From NCBI GenBank assembly GCA_951406725.2, contig OX597815.1, positions 19,902,001-19,966,000 of the forward strand: a stretch of DNA of 64,000 nt. The letters run 5' to 3'. Shown here piece by piece: positions 28,829 to 42,763 of this stretch. Position 1 is the first letter of the stretch, and each line of letters starts with the position of its first letter. Made by a program: the position numbers and the translations under genes. Source of the stretch: Octopus vulgaris (taxonomy: Eukaryota). The notes beneath the pieces were generated by a model. That model was not told the DNA's origin and did no database searches. It saw nothing but the letters and a program-made list of their open reading frames with translations.

Positions 28829-28904
28829 GTATATATATATATGTTATATATATATATGTGTATATATATATGTATGTATATATATATATGTATATATATG
28901 TATA

Positions 28905-28990
<86 letters not shown>
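28777..28990. repeat. (TA)n microsatellite
   Basis: Directly visible. Confidence 0.95.
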
Positions 28991-28993
<3 letters not shown>

Positions 28994-30179
28994 GTAATGT
29001 CCAGTAAATTTTAATTAAAGCAGTTCAATTAGGTGCAATTTAAGTACCATAGAGTATATTATCATTTTCCTATTAACTAATCTTCAAAAATATAATTTTC
29101 CAAAATGTTTTTGCAAATTGCCCATTAGTAAATAAAACATATATTAGTGTCAGTGTCAATGTTAGCTTTAATACCTGTCACATGATCTACTTAGCGGATA
29201 GAGAGAGAGAGAGCGAGGGAGGGAGAGAAAGAGAAAGAAAGAGAGAGAGAGAAAGAACTGAAAAATTTCTAAACACAAAACAAATCAAATCTTTGGAGAC
29301 CTATAAAGTTCAATTTATTGTTTTATTATATCTAACATAGAACGGAATACATCGTTTTCATAAAAACTTATTTTGTGCCTTCCTGTGTTCATTTCATTCA
29401 TTTATCTATGATTAATCAATACAGCCATTATGTGTAAATAAGTAAAAAAAAAAAAACAACAAAACAACTAATCTTTCATATGAGAGAAAACAGATTTCGT
29501 TAAACCATCTGAGAAATTGAATTAATCTGTCGATGGGCGTCAACTTTAAACCAGATAGACAGATTGAGAGAGAGAGAGAGAGAGAGAGGAAGGAGCAGAA
29601 AGAGAGAGAGAAACAAAGAGAAACAGAGAGAATGAGTGGTGAAATGCACTTTGCCATAATGTTGGCGCTTAGCGCCATTTTAATAAACCCTCCAATACAG
29701 TTTTGATTTGACGTTATCAAAATTGTACTTAGACGCCATTTTAGGTGAACATCAGTATAGAAATTAATGATATCCAACAGCAAGTAAATACATAAAAACA
29801 TTTTGAGTATGACGCGTTCAACACGATTATAAAAATCACATTCTACGTATTAAATAAATAGTATTATTTCAATATTTACTTTAACTAATGCCACATAAGA
29901 GTATCCTTCAGTGAATATACATCATTGTATTTCTGATTTTATTAAATGTCAGTGGAGCAAATAATAGAAAAAGTATGCTTCGAGAAGATAGACTGGCTGA
30001 ATAGCGACACCACAATACCACAATTGGCAATGACGACAGTTAATGACTTGTGTATGTCAATCGTATACTTACTTCCTCGTCCCTGTATTCATTTCTCCTA
30101 CTGAAACAAAGACACTAAATTGTATATACGTAAATACTTATGAATTAATGCGCGCACACATGCACACGCAGCACTAGTC

Positions 30180-30365
30180 GCCATGATAGATCGTTAGCCA
30201 CTACACATATTTTTATCTCCTTGTTTTTTTTCTGTGTCCCTTTCTGTAGAAGAGCGTAGGCTCGAAAGGTAAAAGACTTTTTCTATTCCTGAGCGTTATA
30301 CTAATACATCTGTTTGTTTTGTACACCACCTGTCTTCGTCTTTTGTTTTTTTCGTAAACTCCCTA
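30180..30365 (+). mobile_element. Penelope-like terminal-repeat fragment (family A, copy 3) with minimal hammerhead motif
   Basis: CTTT-CTGTAGA-A-GAG(CGTAGG)CTC-GAAA-GGTA-AAAG at 30240-30275; 3' end runs into (TA)n. Confidence 0.6.
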
Positions 30366-30381
30366 TATATATATGTATATG

Positions 30382-30510
<129 letters not shown>

Positions 30511-30563
30511 GCATAAATATATATGCCAAATGAAAGACAGAAGATGGAATATACGAGAATTTA

Positions 30564-30681
30564 TTATTAATCACGACAACTGTTTCGACACATTTAGCAT
30601 CGATTCCTCTTGGGTGGGACACTCAGCAACTGGTTCAGGGGCATCCGGTGGTGCAGATGTATCTCGTCGGGTGATAAATAA
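30564..30681 (-). ncRNA. Type I hammerhead ribozyme-like motif (U4C variant) in a Penelope-like terminus spanning roughly 30525-30900
   Basis: Minus strand: stem I TTATTTATCAC/GTGATTAATAA (10/11), core CCGACGA, stem II GATACAT/ATGTGTC, GAAA, near-palindromic ACAGTTGT, GUC cleavage triplet. Confidence 0.65.
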
Positions 30682-32303
30682 ATACAACTCGTTAAAATTA
30701 CTGTTCCGCAATGTTAACTTTCCGTTTTGTAGAGAGAAAAGCAGCCAGACGGAGGAAATATCTTCATTTATATAGAAGATCAAATATAAAATCACAGATG
30801 ACAAAACGAGACACGAACTAGCAATCCAGTGAGAAAAGTATTAAAAATAACCGTTAATAGTTATGGATGTATAAACGTCCTCGGGCAAGCTGCATGGCTC
30901 GAGTACTCTCACTCATGCAAGCATCCGCAAAAATGTGAACATACACACACATGTGAGGTTTGATGCACTCATGATCACAAAGCGAGTTAGTTATTTAGTT
31001 GGTGTGTAGAAGAACAGGGAGGTTAAAAGTAAATTTAAGTCATCCATACCTTAAAGTAAATTAAGTTAACGCTTACTCAAATTTCATTCTCACTGCATTG
31101 TGCAAAAGTACATTTATATGCGTGTAGGCATCTCGAGAGTCGTTGAGAAATTCTATTAATTATCTTCCCGTTAGTCCACAGAATATACAGGGATTCCTTT
31201 GAGCAGAGACGGCATCTCCTGGAAATTATATTGTATGGTTTCGCATACCTTACTACGGACCAATTAATGCTGTACTTCGTTTTATCCTCCTTCAGTCGCC
31301 ATACAAAATCCCAAAGATGTTGAATTCTCGTTCTCTCAGGTTCGTGTCCTTGGCTGCCATTCCTGCGGCAGAGCCCTTCGACCTCAAAGACCCTCTCTGG
31401 GGGGCAAAATATATTTCACAATGTCCGAGAATGCGACAATCAATTTTAGAGTGGTTTTAGTAAGACTTCTCTAGCAAGACAAACCTTAACTCCATGAGCT
31501 AATGCTTTAGAAAGACACATGCTCTTCAGAGGGTAGAGAAATGAATTAACAAAGAGAGGAGTTTTGAATGTTCATACCAGCACGTTTTCTTCCGCTGGCA
31601 GCGTTGTTGATGATACCGTAACTCACTTTAAGTCTATTTCTATTAAATATCTTATTATATCTATGGTCAACGTGAAAATGTTTATATATAAGGTTTAGGA
31701 AAATCCCGATATCATTGAAACGATCATTTGAATTAGATGTAGGTTTATACCATAAAATATTTCATTTCCTATTTTCACGACATTTTTTTTAATGTTAGTA
31801 CATTTGTGTATGTAGTGTATTCTAGCTTGGAAACTACTATTTTTGAATGCCTTTGTAATAATAAGTAGCATGGTTAAATGATTTTCCATCAAAGAATAAG
31901 CTAGATATGCGTTCACTAATATTATTCATTAAATTTTTAGGCATAATTGCAGGATGGTTTTAACGTCTCGTTAGAATTAGTATAGAAGCGATATTTTCCA
32001 GTATCTAAATCTAAAATCATATCTAAGAAATTAACTCTTCCTAAATTCATATCTACTGGGATCTTTAAATATTTTTGATTATGCTAATGAACTCCTTTCA
32101 TTGCTTGACCATTCATAACTCAAAAACTATCGGTTCATCATCACAGTAAATAGGAAAACAGAATTTTTTTAGAAGAGGTACAATCCTCTCAATTCATAAT
32201 CATCATTCCCGTCGTAAAATTGCATGTTCCAAACAATCGTTGGCTAATACAATTAGCCCAAAACAATTAGTGTAAAATAACAGAGCTTTCCTTGCTTGCA
32301 TAA

Positions 32304-32694
32304 TCTCTCTATATATAAAACTGAAGTTGTTTGTGTATGGCAGGTTTGGTACCCTTCAACTAACACTATCTCCTCCGAGACCCTGCGGCGCAAGTTGACC
32401 AAAATTGAGAGTATGATAGAGGAAGGCTTGCTCTTCCATCCGTAGAAGATAAAATTCAAATTGGACCATGTTAACACCTAAAATTATTTACATCAAGAAG
32501 GTGCTTTTTTTCTATGAAAATCCCTATTTTTACGATTTTTTTACTGCTGTGTCGCCATTTTTCGGTGTATTTCAACCAGAAAAATGTTCACTTAAAGAGA
32601 ATAACAAGCTACATAATGCAAAACTTTTACTTTTCAAAAATTCCAATTCTAAAGAGTCGAAACAAACCCGAGCAACGCCAGGCGAAACTGCTAG
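32304..32694 (+). mobile_element. Non-autonomous Helitron, copy 2
   Basis: A|TCTCTCTATATATAAAA ... CCCGAGCAACGCCAGG ... CTAG|T; inverted homolog of 24926-25315. Confidence 0.85.
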
Positions 32695-33865
32695 TATTAA
32701 TAATGTCAGACTTAGGATATTCTAAAGTTTAAATTTGTTCAAGAAAAATGGTTTAATTATAGTCGAATATAACTTTATTACATCGAACTGTATAAATTTA
32801 TAAATGAGATTATTCTCCAAGTTGCTGAATATCATTCCATAACTGTAGAAAACTGAACTGTTTAGTGTTAAAAATAACGACTCTCGCGTTTTTCCTGGAT
32901 TCACAGGGAGCTACGAATCAGAGCTAAAGTGTAACTTGGCGAGATGTATAAAGTGAACTGCACTATACGGAAAGCTACACAACCTGGGAAATTATACGAC
33001 ATAGGGAGCTCCACTATGATATGGGACTCTATAAGACGTTCGGAAGTGTAGTATGATAGATGTAGCTACAAAATGAGAAAGGAAAGAAGAGTGTACCCAC
33101 GAGGAAATATAGTTCACGTAATAAGCCCAAGTACTACAATTTCTATTAGGATACCACATGCAGTGAAATTCTTCTGTGGTATTCCAAAGAGAAAATCTTT
33201 ACCAAGCTTTCTTTAACTGTAGATCACTTGCAGGAAAGGGTATGATGGATTGAGTTCGTGGGGCGAAGGCGACTGATTTACTTTACTCGAGACTAAATAA
33301 TGCCAGATTCTGGCAGCGTGTCGTTCTTACACTCACCAACTGATCATAATGTCAAATGTCACTCATAATCTTATACTACTGCTTTCTTGAAAAACATACG
33401 GTCTTATCTTTTAAAAAGAATTATAAAGCCGATATATATTACTGATGAAGCTTTAGTATTTAAAAGTTCATTGATTTTAGGACTGTTCGAATAAGGTTGG
33501 AAAGGAAAACTCGTGCTGTTGTTGTTTTCTCTCTAATGGATGGCATATCTATTTTAGAGAATTCAAGAAAATTGCAATGTTTTATAGAGTTGTATCAATG
33601 AAAGAAATCAATTATTTCTCTTCTTGATATCACAGTGTATTTTTAAGTTCTTGCTTTAGTAATTATATTTGCACAGTCATGGTTTCTTGTTAGATCACTA
33701 TATATAAACATAAATGCTTCAGACTCACAGGCTTTTATTCACACTCGCTTTCATACACCTCTATGCATATAAATATGTATGTGTTCGCAGTATAAAAAAT
33801 GCGTCTGTGTGTATGAGCAAATATAATAAATGTCTGTGTGCATTTGTGCTTATTTTTGCATATGT

Positions 33866-33915
<50 letters not shown>

Positions 33916-33916
<1 letters not shown>

Positions 33917-34328
33917 GCGCAGGAGTGGCTGTGTGGTAAGTAGCTTGCTTACCAACCACATGATTCCGGGTTCAGTCCCACTGCGTGGCACCTTGGGCAA
34001 GTGTCTTCTACTATAGCCTTGGGCCGACCAAAGCCTTGTGAGTGGATTTGGTAGACGGAAACTGAAAGAAGCCCGTCGTATATATGTATATATATGTGTG
34101 TGCGTGTATGTTTGTGTGTCTGTGTTTGTCCCCCTAGCATTGCTTGACAACCGATCCTGGTGTGTTTATTTCCCCGTTATCTAGCGGTTCGGCAAAAGAG
34201 ACTTATAGAATAAGTACTGGGCTTACAAAGAATAAGTCCCGGGGTCGAGATGCTCGATTAAAGGCGGTGCTCCAGCATGGCCGCAGTCAAATGAGTGAAA
34301 CAAGTAAAAGAGTAAAAGAGAGTAAAGA
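33916..34328 (+). mobile_element. Full-length CORE-type tRNA-derived SINE
   Basis: A-box TGGCTGTGTGG, B-box GGTTCAGTCCC, CORE-like ACCTTGGGCAAGTG, internal TA/TG repeat, tail (AGTAAAAG)n. Confidence 0.92.
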
Positions 34329-34566
34329 GAGATAGATACCAAGACAGACAGATAGACAGACAGACAGGGGAACAAGCAGGCAGACAGATAGATGCAGATA
34401 TAAAAGCGTATATTACAACACATTTATGTAAGTTTATAAATGGTAGAATAACGCGTTATCAAATGCATTATGGTGTTTGTTTCCTTGTGGTTCTGCCTAT
34501 TTATGTGATGTGGTGACGTATATCATTAACTCTGAGCGTGATCTTGAATGCCGAATAACTTTTATC

Positions 34567-34614
<48 letters not shown>

Positions 34615-34621
34615 CTATGTA

Positions 34622-34691
<70 letters not shown>

Positions 34692-34701
34692 CATACATAT
34701 G

Positions 34702-34761
<60 letters not shown>

Positions 34762-34795
34762 TATAATATATATATATAAATATAAATATATATAT

Positions 34796-35426
34796 ATCCT
34801 TCTCTTCTCCACTTTTGCCCGACCCCACCTTGAATACTGCTGTCCACTGTGGTCTCCCTACACAAAACAAAATATTATGAGAATTGAAGCTCCCCAAAGG
34901 TCAATCACAAAAAAGATAGATGGCATGTCAGACCTTGACTACTGGGGTAGACTAGAGAAGCTGAAATTGTATTCACTCCAACGACGCCGTGAACGCTACA
35001 TTATCTGTATGATGTGGAAAATATTCCATCAGCACTGTCCGAATGATGTTGGCATCACCTTCAAAATGCATCCAAGGCTTGGACCACGTGCCATCCGTCC
35101 ACAACAAAAATCTAAATCGCATCACATAACGACAATACGGCACAACTATTTCACCTCAATTGGACCCGCTCTCTTCAACATTACACCAGGACACGTCAAA
35201 AAAGAAACTGACCACACAAAATTCAAGAAGTCTTTGGACAAATTCCTTCAAACAGTACCGGACAAACCACCCACACCCGGATATGTCTCCGCAAACAATA
35301 ACTCTCTGCTCGAATGGGCCTTGGTGCCCAAATCCTGAACTGAAAGACTTCGCCAGGTGGTGCTATTAAGTTAGACATGGCCTGGGCCAATACTGGCCAA
35401 AAACCTTTCTAAGTTATTCTAAGTTA
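34796..35426 (+). mobile_element. 5'-truncated CR1-group LINE 3' end with intact reading frame, inserted in (TA)n
   Basis: [13 protein letters not shown]...YWGRLEKLKLYSLQRRRERY...FKKSLDKFL..PDKP..PGY, stop at 35338; short 3'UTR; tandem tail (TTCTAAGTTA)2. Confidence 0.88.
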
Positions 35427-35577
35427 TATATATATATATAATATGTATATATATAATATATATGTATATATATATATGTATATATATAAATATATATATA
35501 TATATATAATATATGTATATATATAATATATATGTATATATATATATATATATAATATGTGTATATATATATATATA

Positions 35578-35723
<146 letters not shown>

Positions 35724-35763
35724 TACATATATATAATATATATACATATATATATTTAATGTA

Positions 35764-35810
<47 letters not shown>

Positions 35811-36114
35811 AACACACACACACACAACATGCAAGTACCTTTCGACCCACATTTTAATGAATGAGAAGTCTGGCTCTTCATCTTTTCCTTTCATCCCCCG
35901 TTTTCTACTTACTCTCCGAGCATACATTCTGACAGTTATATAGGCGCTGATAGTTAAAGTCTCTATAAGCATCAGTGTAGGTGTTCTTTGCTGACATATT
36001 TTATTGTATTTATTTCTTGTTTTGTCTGTGTTTTTTACTCTCTCTCTCTTTCTCTCGTTCTCTCTCTCTCTATATATATATATGTGTGTGTATATATCAC
36101 TCTTTCATTCTCTT

Positions 36115-36190
<76 letters not shown>

Positions 36191-36682
36191 TTTTTGAAAC
36201 GTGTCGGTCAGATATGACATTATCACCCGACACAATTAAGTACAGTAAATCCGCTTACGTGTTAATTATATAGGCGACTAATTATGACAGCATAGTATAT
36301 CAAATAAAGACTTTTCAGTGAGCATTTATAAACATGGGAAATGGATAAATAAATTATGAATATCTGATTTTTAAATCAAGCTTTCTTTACTTTGAAGCCA
36401 TGTTTCCAAGTCGTAGCATGACATTTGTGGAGAGCATATGCAGTTAAGATAGCAAACATTGTCGAGGGTAAAAAATAAAAAATTTGGGGGAGAATTCTTT
36501 CTGATTTTTTCTTCCTTATTTTCTACTGTTAACATTAGACACTGGCTAATTAAATGATTAACTGATTATGATGTTTCATTTGGTGTTACACTAATTATGA
36601 GAAATAAGATCATTGATATCTTCAGTCAGGCAACAGAAAAAACTATTTAACACATACTCTAGAAATATACATTACTATCGCA

Positions 36683-36744
<62 letters not shown>

Positions 36745-37274
36745 AAGTTCAGCAAAATTTAGATTCAAATGAGTATGGTACTTAAGTTAGATGCACCAGA
36801 ACTTTGTATGGTGTTATCCATATAAATCCATTAGGTGATTATAATCAAAATAATATTTACAATACAATATTTACAATATCTAATAAAATGATGCAGCGTG
36901 AAACGATCGTACCAAATTACCGAAGATATTCTTGTTGCTTATTTTGATTATATATATATATATATATATATCATTGATAATCATTCATCGATTACATTTT
37001 TTAAAAAATTGAATGAGTTTTTTAGAGAAATGTGTTAACGATTGGAGAATACCAACATTAACGAGGTGCATTTAAAAATCGAAATAAAAAATATAGATTA
37101 CAGGAGAAAAAAATATTGCTGATGCAGAAAGTAAGTAAACAACGCTATTGTTGTCATCTTGGCTAGATCGGCTCCAGATCAGCAATCATCCGACAGATAA
37201 CTTCTGGTCGTGAGAATTTTGTCTTTTATTCACGCATAGTACACATGTACACATACACACTCACATTTCATATA

Positions 37275-37839
37275 CATACATACATACATGGTGGCTGCCC
37301 CCTCGTTATCGAGTATGGTCATTGCACAAAGCTTAATCAATGTTGTTATCGTGCAATGCCTGTGCAAGAAGATTTTTTTTAAGTGAGGAAAGGCTGTGCA
37401 CTGAGTCAATCCCACTCACTAAGCAACAGCAGCCATAATCCGAAAAGAAGAACAAGTCAACATCATCGGTAACCACTGAGCCGCAGGTTTTATGTCGGAG
37501 TTGTCCCAGTTACCTGAGTTACCTTCTCCTAGAAGGATGCCGTAACAAAGGCTAGGAGTCCTTCACTCCCAATGGTTTAACCGCGCGATCGGGTATTCAG
37601 TCCGATTATTTCTATGTCCCCGCGCATCATACAGCCTTAAGACATATATTGGATGGCCGTTGACTCTCAAGAGTTCCTCCGCCCTTTGACGGGTTTTGTT
37701 TTTCATCCCGCAGGGTGTCCAATAAACACCCTCCTCACCAAGCAAGCTTGGTGGGGTTGCCGGTTTAGTCGCCGACGGCCCGACCATCCAATAGGTTGCA
37801 CTGGGTTACATGTTACCAGTAGCACTCGAAAGTGACCTG
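37275..37839 (-). mobile_element. Non-autonomous RTE-derived (bipartite-like) retroposon with TSD
   Basis: GC-rich, hairpin-rich 5' part; RTE-like CTAGGAGAAGG block (from recall); 3' end CCATACTCGATAACGAGGGGGCAGCC + (ATGT)n; direct repeat CACATTTCATATA at 37262-37274 and 37845-37857. Confidence 0.6.
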
Positions 37840-37963
37840 ACACACACATTTCATATATATAAATACATACATACATACATACATACATACATACATACAT
37901 ACATACATACATACATACATACATGTATGCATGCATACATGCATACATACATACATACATACA

Positions 37964-37994
<31 letters not shown>

Positions 37995-38454
37995 TTCTTT
38001 GACTTGTTTCTATCATTCGACTGCGGCCATATCGGAGCGCAATATTTCTACCATGACTAGCAACCACATAGAGGTATTTTCCGTTGGCTAGTGGTGGCAT
38101 GCGTGCACGCACGTGTGTGTATGAATGTGTGTGTGTGTGTGTGTGTGGTTGGGTGGGTGGGTGTTATAACCATCTTAAATCCGGTTTAACCTGGGACGTC
38201 GGTCTCTGTCTCGTTATTAACACATTTACATACCCCCTCGACTGGTTGGGCAACGATTTTTGAGGTCTATCATTGTAAACTTGTCTTCAACCCTGCCAAA
38301 ATTTCGGTTATTATATTATTCATTGTTCTTATTTTTACTCATAAAAAAAAAGGTTATTTATTCAATCAGTCTTTTTATCTCTCTATTTACTCTATTGATT
38401 CCAGTAAATGCTGAAAATATCGATTGCATGTTCTTTTTACTACAGCTACTGTCT

Positions 38455-38553
38455 TTGTTGTTGTTGTTGTTGGTGGTGATGGTGGTGGTGGTGGTGGTGG
38501 TGGTGGCGGCGGCGGCGGCGGCGGCGGTTGTCGTCGTCGTAGTCTTCGTCGTC
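38455..38553. repeat. Compound trinucleotide repeat (GTT)n-(GGT)n-(GGC)n-(GTC)n
   Basis: Directly visible. Confidence 0.9.
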
Positions 38554-40173
38554 CTTTTGATGAAGGGCATTCTATCCGTGAACAACCCGTCTATTTTTTT
38601 TTCTGGGATAGTGTATCAAGGGCCAGTGACGTATGGAATTTTTAAATTTCTTCAGTAGTAGTTTTCTTGCAGTGCTACTTTCGTGAAAACATGTATTTTA
38701 GTTTTAGACAAATTCTTATAAATAAACTATAAAACGATATTGGAGAGAGAACGTTTTCACAAAGTATATATCGTAGGCTACCAAAATACACGTGGTTTGT
38801 CACAGCTGTCATTATAAACTTTATCATCAGTGGTCCCGGACAAAATTGTCTAGATTGCTGTCTTTATTCGTCTTTTTTTAAGACTGTAGGACATGACTGC
38901 AATTTATAGCATTTGCATAAATATTCTCTCATCTTGATGGTTTTCCTTCCTGTGCTGCAAAGTTTTTCCCGGTGTCTAACATCCGATTATCTGTGAATGC
39001 TTAGTTTTTAATCGTTGAGTTTGAAGAAAGAGACATTGGCCATTATTTTTGGCTCCCCGAGACTGGGAGACTTGATGGATTAATATCCCGTTTGAACAGT
39101 TGGCCTGTCGACACCTGTAGAAAAGACATGAACAGTGAGAATATTCTAGAGGGCTAATGTTCTATGGTGAAGGGACTTGGTATAATGGTTAAGGCGAGGT
39201 TGGTCGGGGCTGGACATATCAAGAGTGATGATATCTGGAAAGACGAGTAGGATTAAAGTGCCCGAAAGTTGCGAGTACGAAACTAGTAAGCTCCGATGAA
39301 TAGAGACCATTGTAACCGTGATAGAAAAGGGTCAGTCAGAAGCTGAAGCGTGATTGAAACCACTTAGTCGGGTAGCCCTTCGTCTACTCGACTAACTGCT
39401 TTCAATCACAAACTGGATGCGATTCAAGATGTGTAGCAATAGTACCATCCCAAATGTAGAAGCAGTACTCCACTGTAAGCCTTACTTGACTCTTGTAAAA
39501 TGTCAGCAGCTGCTAATGGCTGAAATATTTTCTGGTCCCTGTCCCTGAAGAGAAGGACCAGAATTCGGGATGTGATCGCAGTTATTGTAAGGATGTGCTT
39601 TCGCTAGAGGCGATAATAAAAGATAGTTTCGTCATGGCTGAAACGTCTTTGGGAGCAGGATCAAACCAGACCTGGAGCTAAAGAGTAATAATAAAAATAA
39701 TTTACAAGAAAATGTGATAGTAACGGCCAAGTATGATTCGATCAAGTATGGCATCAAAGATTGTAAAATCACTCCTGATCTGGAGCTAAGCAGTGACAGA
39801 ATCCAAAACGGCAGAAGGGTGACAGGACAGCGACGTCTAAAATATCGATCGAGAGATTTGTTGATCGCCTATTTCTATGTCTTTGGTCAAACCTAAAAAG
39901 AGTTGGCCAACTCTCAACAAGAATCTCAACAACAACTTCAACAGCAACAACCTCAACAATAAAACAACAGTAGCAATAACAACAACAACGACACAGCAGC
40001 CTTTAAATATTGTTGTTGTTACATTTTATAGTCTGGGTTTTAAGTGTTCCAAATGTTCTATCGAATCTGTGAATCAATAGGACTAGTTTTTTCAACTTCT
40101 TTTTGTCCTCCCAATTTTGTTTTCTAGTTGCTGTTTTTTTTGTCCTTGTATAAATGTTTATTATTGTTGTTAG

Positions 40174-40235
<62 letters not shown>

Positions 40236-41421
40236 TATATACTTAATGTTTTTTTTTTGTCTGGTTTTGCTAATGTAATTATGTGACTAGAAGAAAAAAA
40301 AGCGGGGGGAATGTGAAAACGTGATTGAAAGCAACTAGAAGAAACTGATCAATTAAAAGAAAGTGAGATGTTGAGAGAGAAAAAAAAGCTTATAATATCG
40401 GATACATATAACAAAATTATCAATTGAAAGCAAAGACGGGAAAGATAATGAAAACAAAAGTAAAGAATAAAAGGTGAATGAAATCAGATATCTAAATAGT
40501 GAGAAGAGTGATTCGGTTTCTTTAAATTCTAGTTTATTCTTATCAAATTTCTTATTTAAAATGATCTCCTGAAGACTACCTATAAAATCATAACACACAC
40601 ACATGTATGTATGTATGTATGTATGCATGCATGCATGTATGTATGTATGTATGTATGTATGTATGTATGTATGTATGTATGTATGTGTGTGTATGTGTGT
40701 GTCTGTGTGCATGCTAAACTATATATTCTAAGCGATTTAAACCCGACACAATTATTCCAATTGATAGTAAATTGAGTCTGATTGTATTTCAAATTTAGTT
40801 CCGAAAACAGTTTTCTGTAGCAGATGTACAAAAATAAAGAATTGATCAAAATTATTAATGAATTCTTTTCTTCTTATATTTTTTTCTTCTCTCTTTTGGT
40901 CTGTCCTTTTTTTATAATTTTTCATTTTTTTTTCCATTTCATCATTCTTCTCCTACTCTTCATCCTTCTCAACCTCCTTTACTTGCCATTTTATAAGACA
41001 ATGAATTCTTAGTAGACGTGAATCAAAGACCATGTATTGGTTCGGTGAGAAAGCGTGTGATTCTTAAAACCACTTTCATAAACAAAAGATGCCAAAACCA
41101 GACCTGATCAATACTTATAGTGTTTGTGGTATCTATCTATAATTATATGTCAATAATTCTGTACTTGAGTGTGTGTATTCTTATATATATATATATATAT
41201 TGGGTGTATGTAGATATATGAATGTGTGCGTGTATATATATGTGTATTTGTGAGTGTGCGTATATGTGTATGTGAATTCATGCATGTGTGTGTCTAATTG
41301 TATGTGTATATATCTATATCTATATATATCTATATATATATTTATATATAGAATGGGTGTATGTAGATATATGACTGTGTGCGTGCATATGTGTGTTTGT
41401 GTGTGCCTGTCTGTACGTATC

Positions 41422-41473
<52 letters not shown>

Positions 41474-41490
41474 TATATATATATATATGC

Positions 41491-41528
<38 letters not shown>

Positions 41529-41541
41529 GCATATATATATA

Positions 41542-41616
<75 letters not shown>

Positions 41617-42763
41617 CGTGTGTGCGTACCCAGCACCTGCTTACATTCAGAAATATGAATAGATGTAAATTCACCTCATTATCTGCATTTAGAAGCTGAA
41701 AAACGAAAATGAGTAATATTATATAAAACGGATTATCCTCTCGAGACCTGAGTCATAAAATGGAAATATAAGAAAAGCTATATAACTTATGTGGCGTATA
41801 TGTTATATTAGCATAACTCGTGCACAGCAGAAATAACGAAATTCTTTTGCCAAGAAAATAGACAGTTGAGAAAAACTTCTTCATTCAGACATGAAATTTA
41901 TAAACCCCTCTTTAACCTTTTAATGTACACCGATAACGAAATACTTTTAATAGCACGCATTGTTATCTGTTTTACACTTTAGTGTATTTCTAGATATTTT
42001 AAGAAAAACTCCACCTTCTCAAATAAACCATATTATTTTGTCTACACCATCCTTCAGAAAATCCATGAATATAAATTAATCAAACCTTCAGTGACGCGAC
42101 GACGTGATATTGACAAACCGTGATAACGGCGAAGTGCACATCTGTCGTTCTTGCAATCACTTCCTAGACGATTTCGTTTCGAGTAGCTCTGAAGAATATT
42201 TTGCTTTATTAACTATGTCTATAGGGAGATTATTTTTTTTTGTCTCGGACGAATACTTTAGCTTCTGGTTCTTCAACGACACACATACATTAAATATGTC
42301 ATATAGATAAAGTTTTACTCTAGAGCCACTTCTATTGCATAATAGAATATTTTTAAATATTTTTCAAAATGTCATGCATACATACCATCAGACCCACTCG
42401 TGCATGTTGGCATATTTAGACTTACACATATGGAAATCGTGAGCATCAGTACTTGAGACTGAGCAGATAGTTTGAGAGTGAACCTGAATGTATTCTTATG
42501 GTAGAAACGAGCAAAGACTCACTGAGTTCGCCTTCCGAAATTTGCTTTCAATCTCTATATATTCAAACAATTTCGTTATCTGAATTTGTTGTTCCGTTAA
42601 CATTTTAATGTAATTTAATACTACTCCCAATATAATTTCAATATCATACATACCAATTACATTCTGTTTAATAGACACGTGAAACTATATATATATCTCT
42701 TCGTTGTCTAAGAATCCATAAATCAGAAAATATAGGCACTCATATATTTGGCAACAGAGTTGG

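Noticed and set aside
29670-29742. Two CGCCATTTT (YY1-like) motifs after a GA repeat as a possible innexin promoter
   Set aside because: No supporting donor site or TSS evidence; short motifs alone are insufficient.
36745-36950. TA-flanked insert with GAAACGATCGTA palindrome
   Set aside because: Looks like a hammerhead 3' half but no acceptable CUGANGA-type box or stem II was found.
37122-37136. ATGCAGAAA|GTAAGT as innexin first exon
   Set aside because: Phase 0 donor; incompatible with the phase-2 acceptor at 43559/43560.
38900-39900. GC-richer stretch, possibly a decayed L1/Tx1-like LINE (also 18980-19720 and 31100-31630)
   Set aside because: No translatable diagnostic motif recoverable by eye; needs BLASTX/HMM search.
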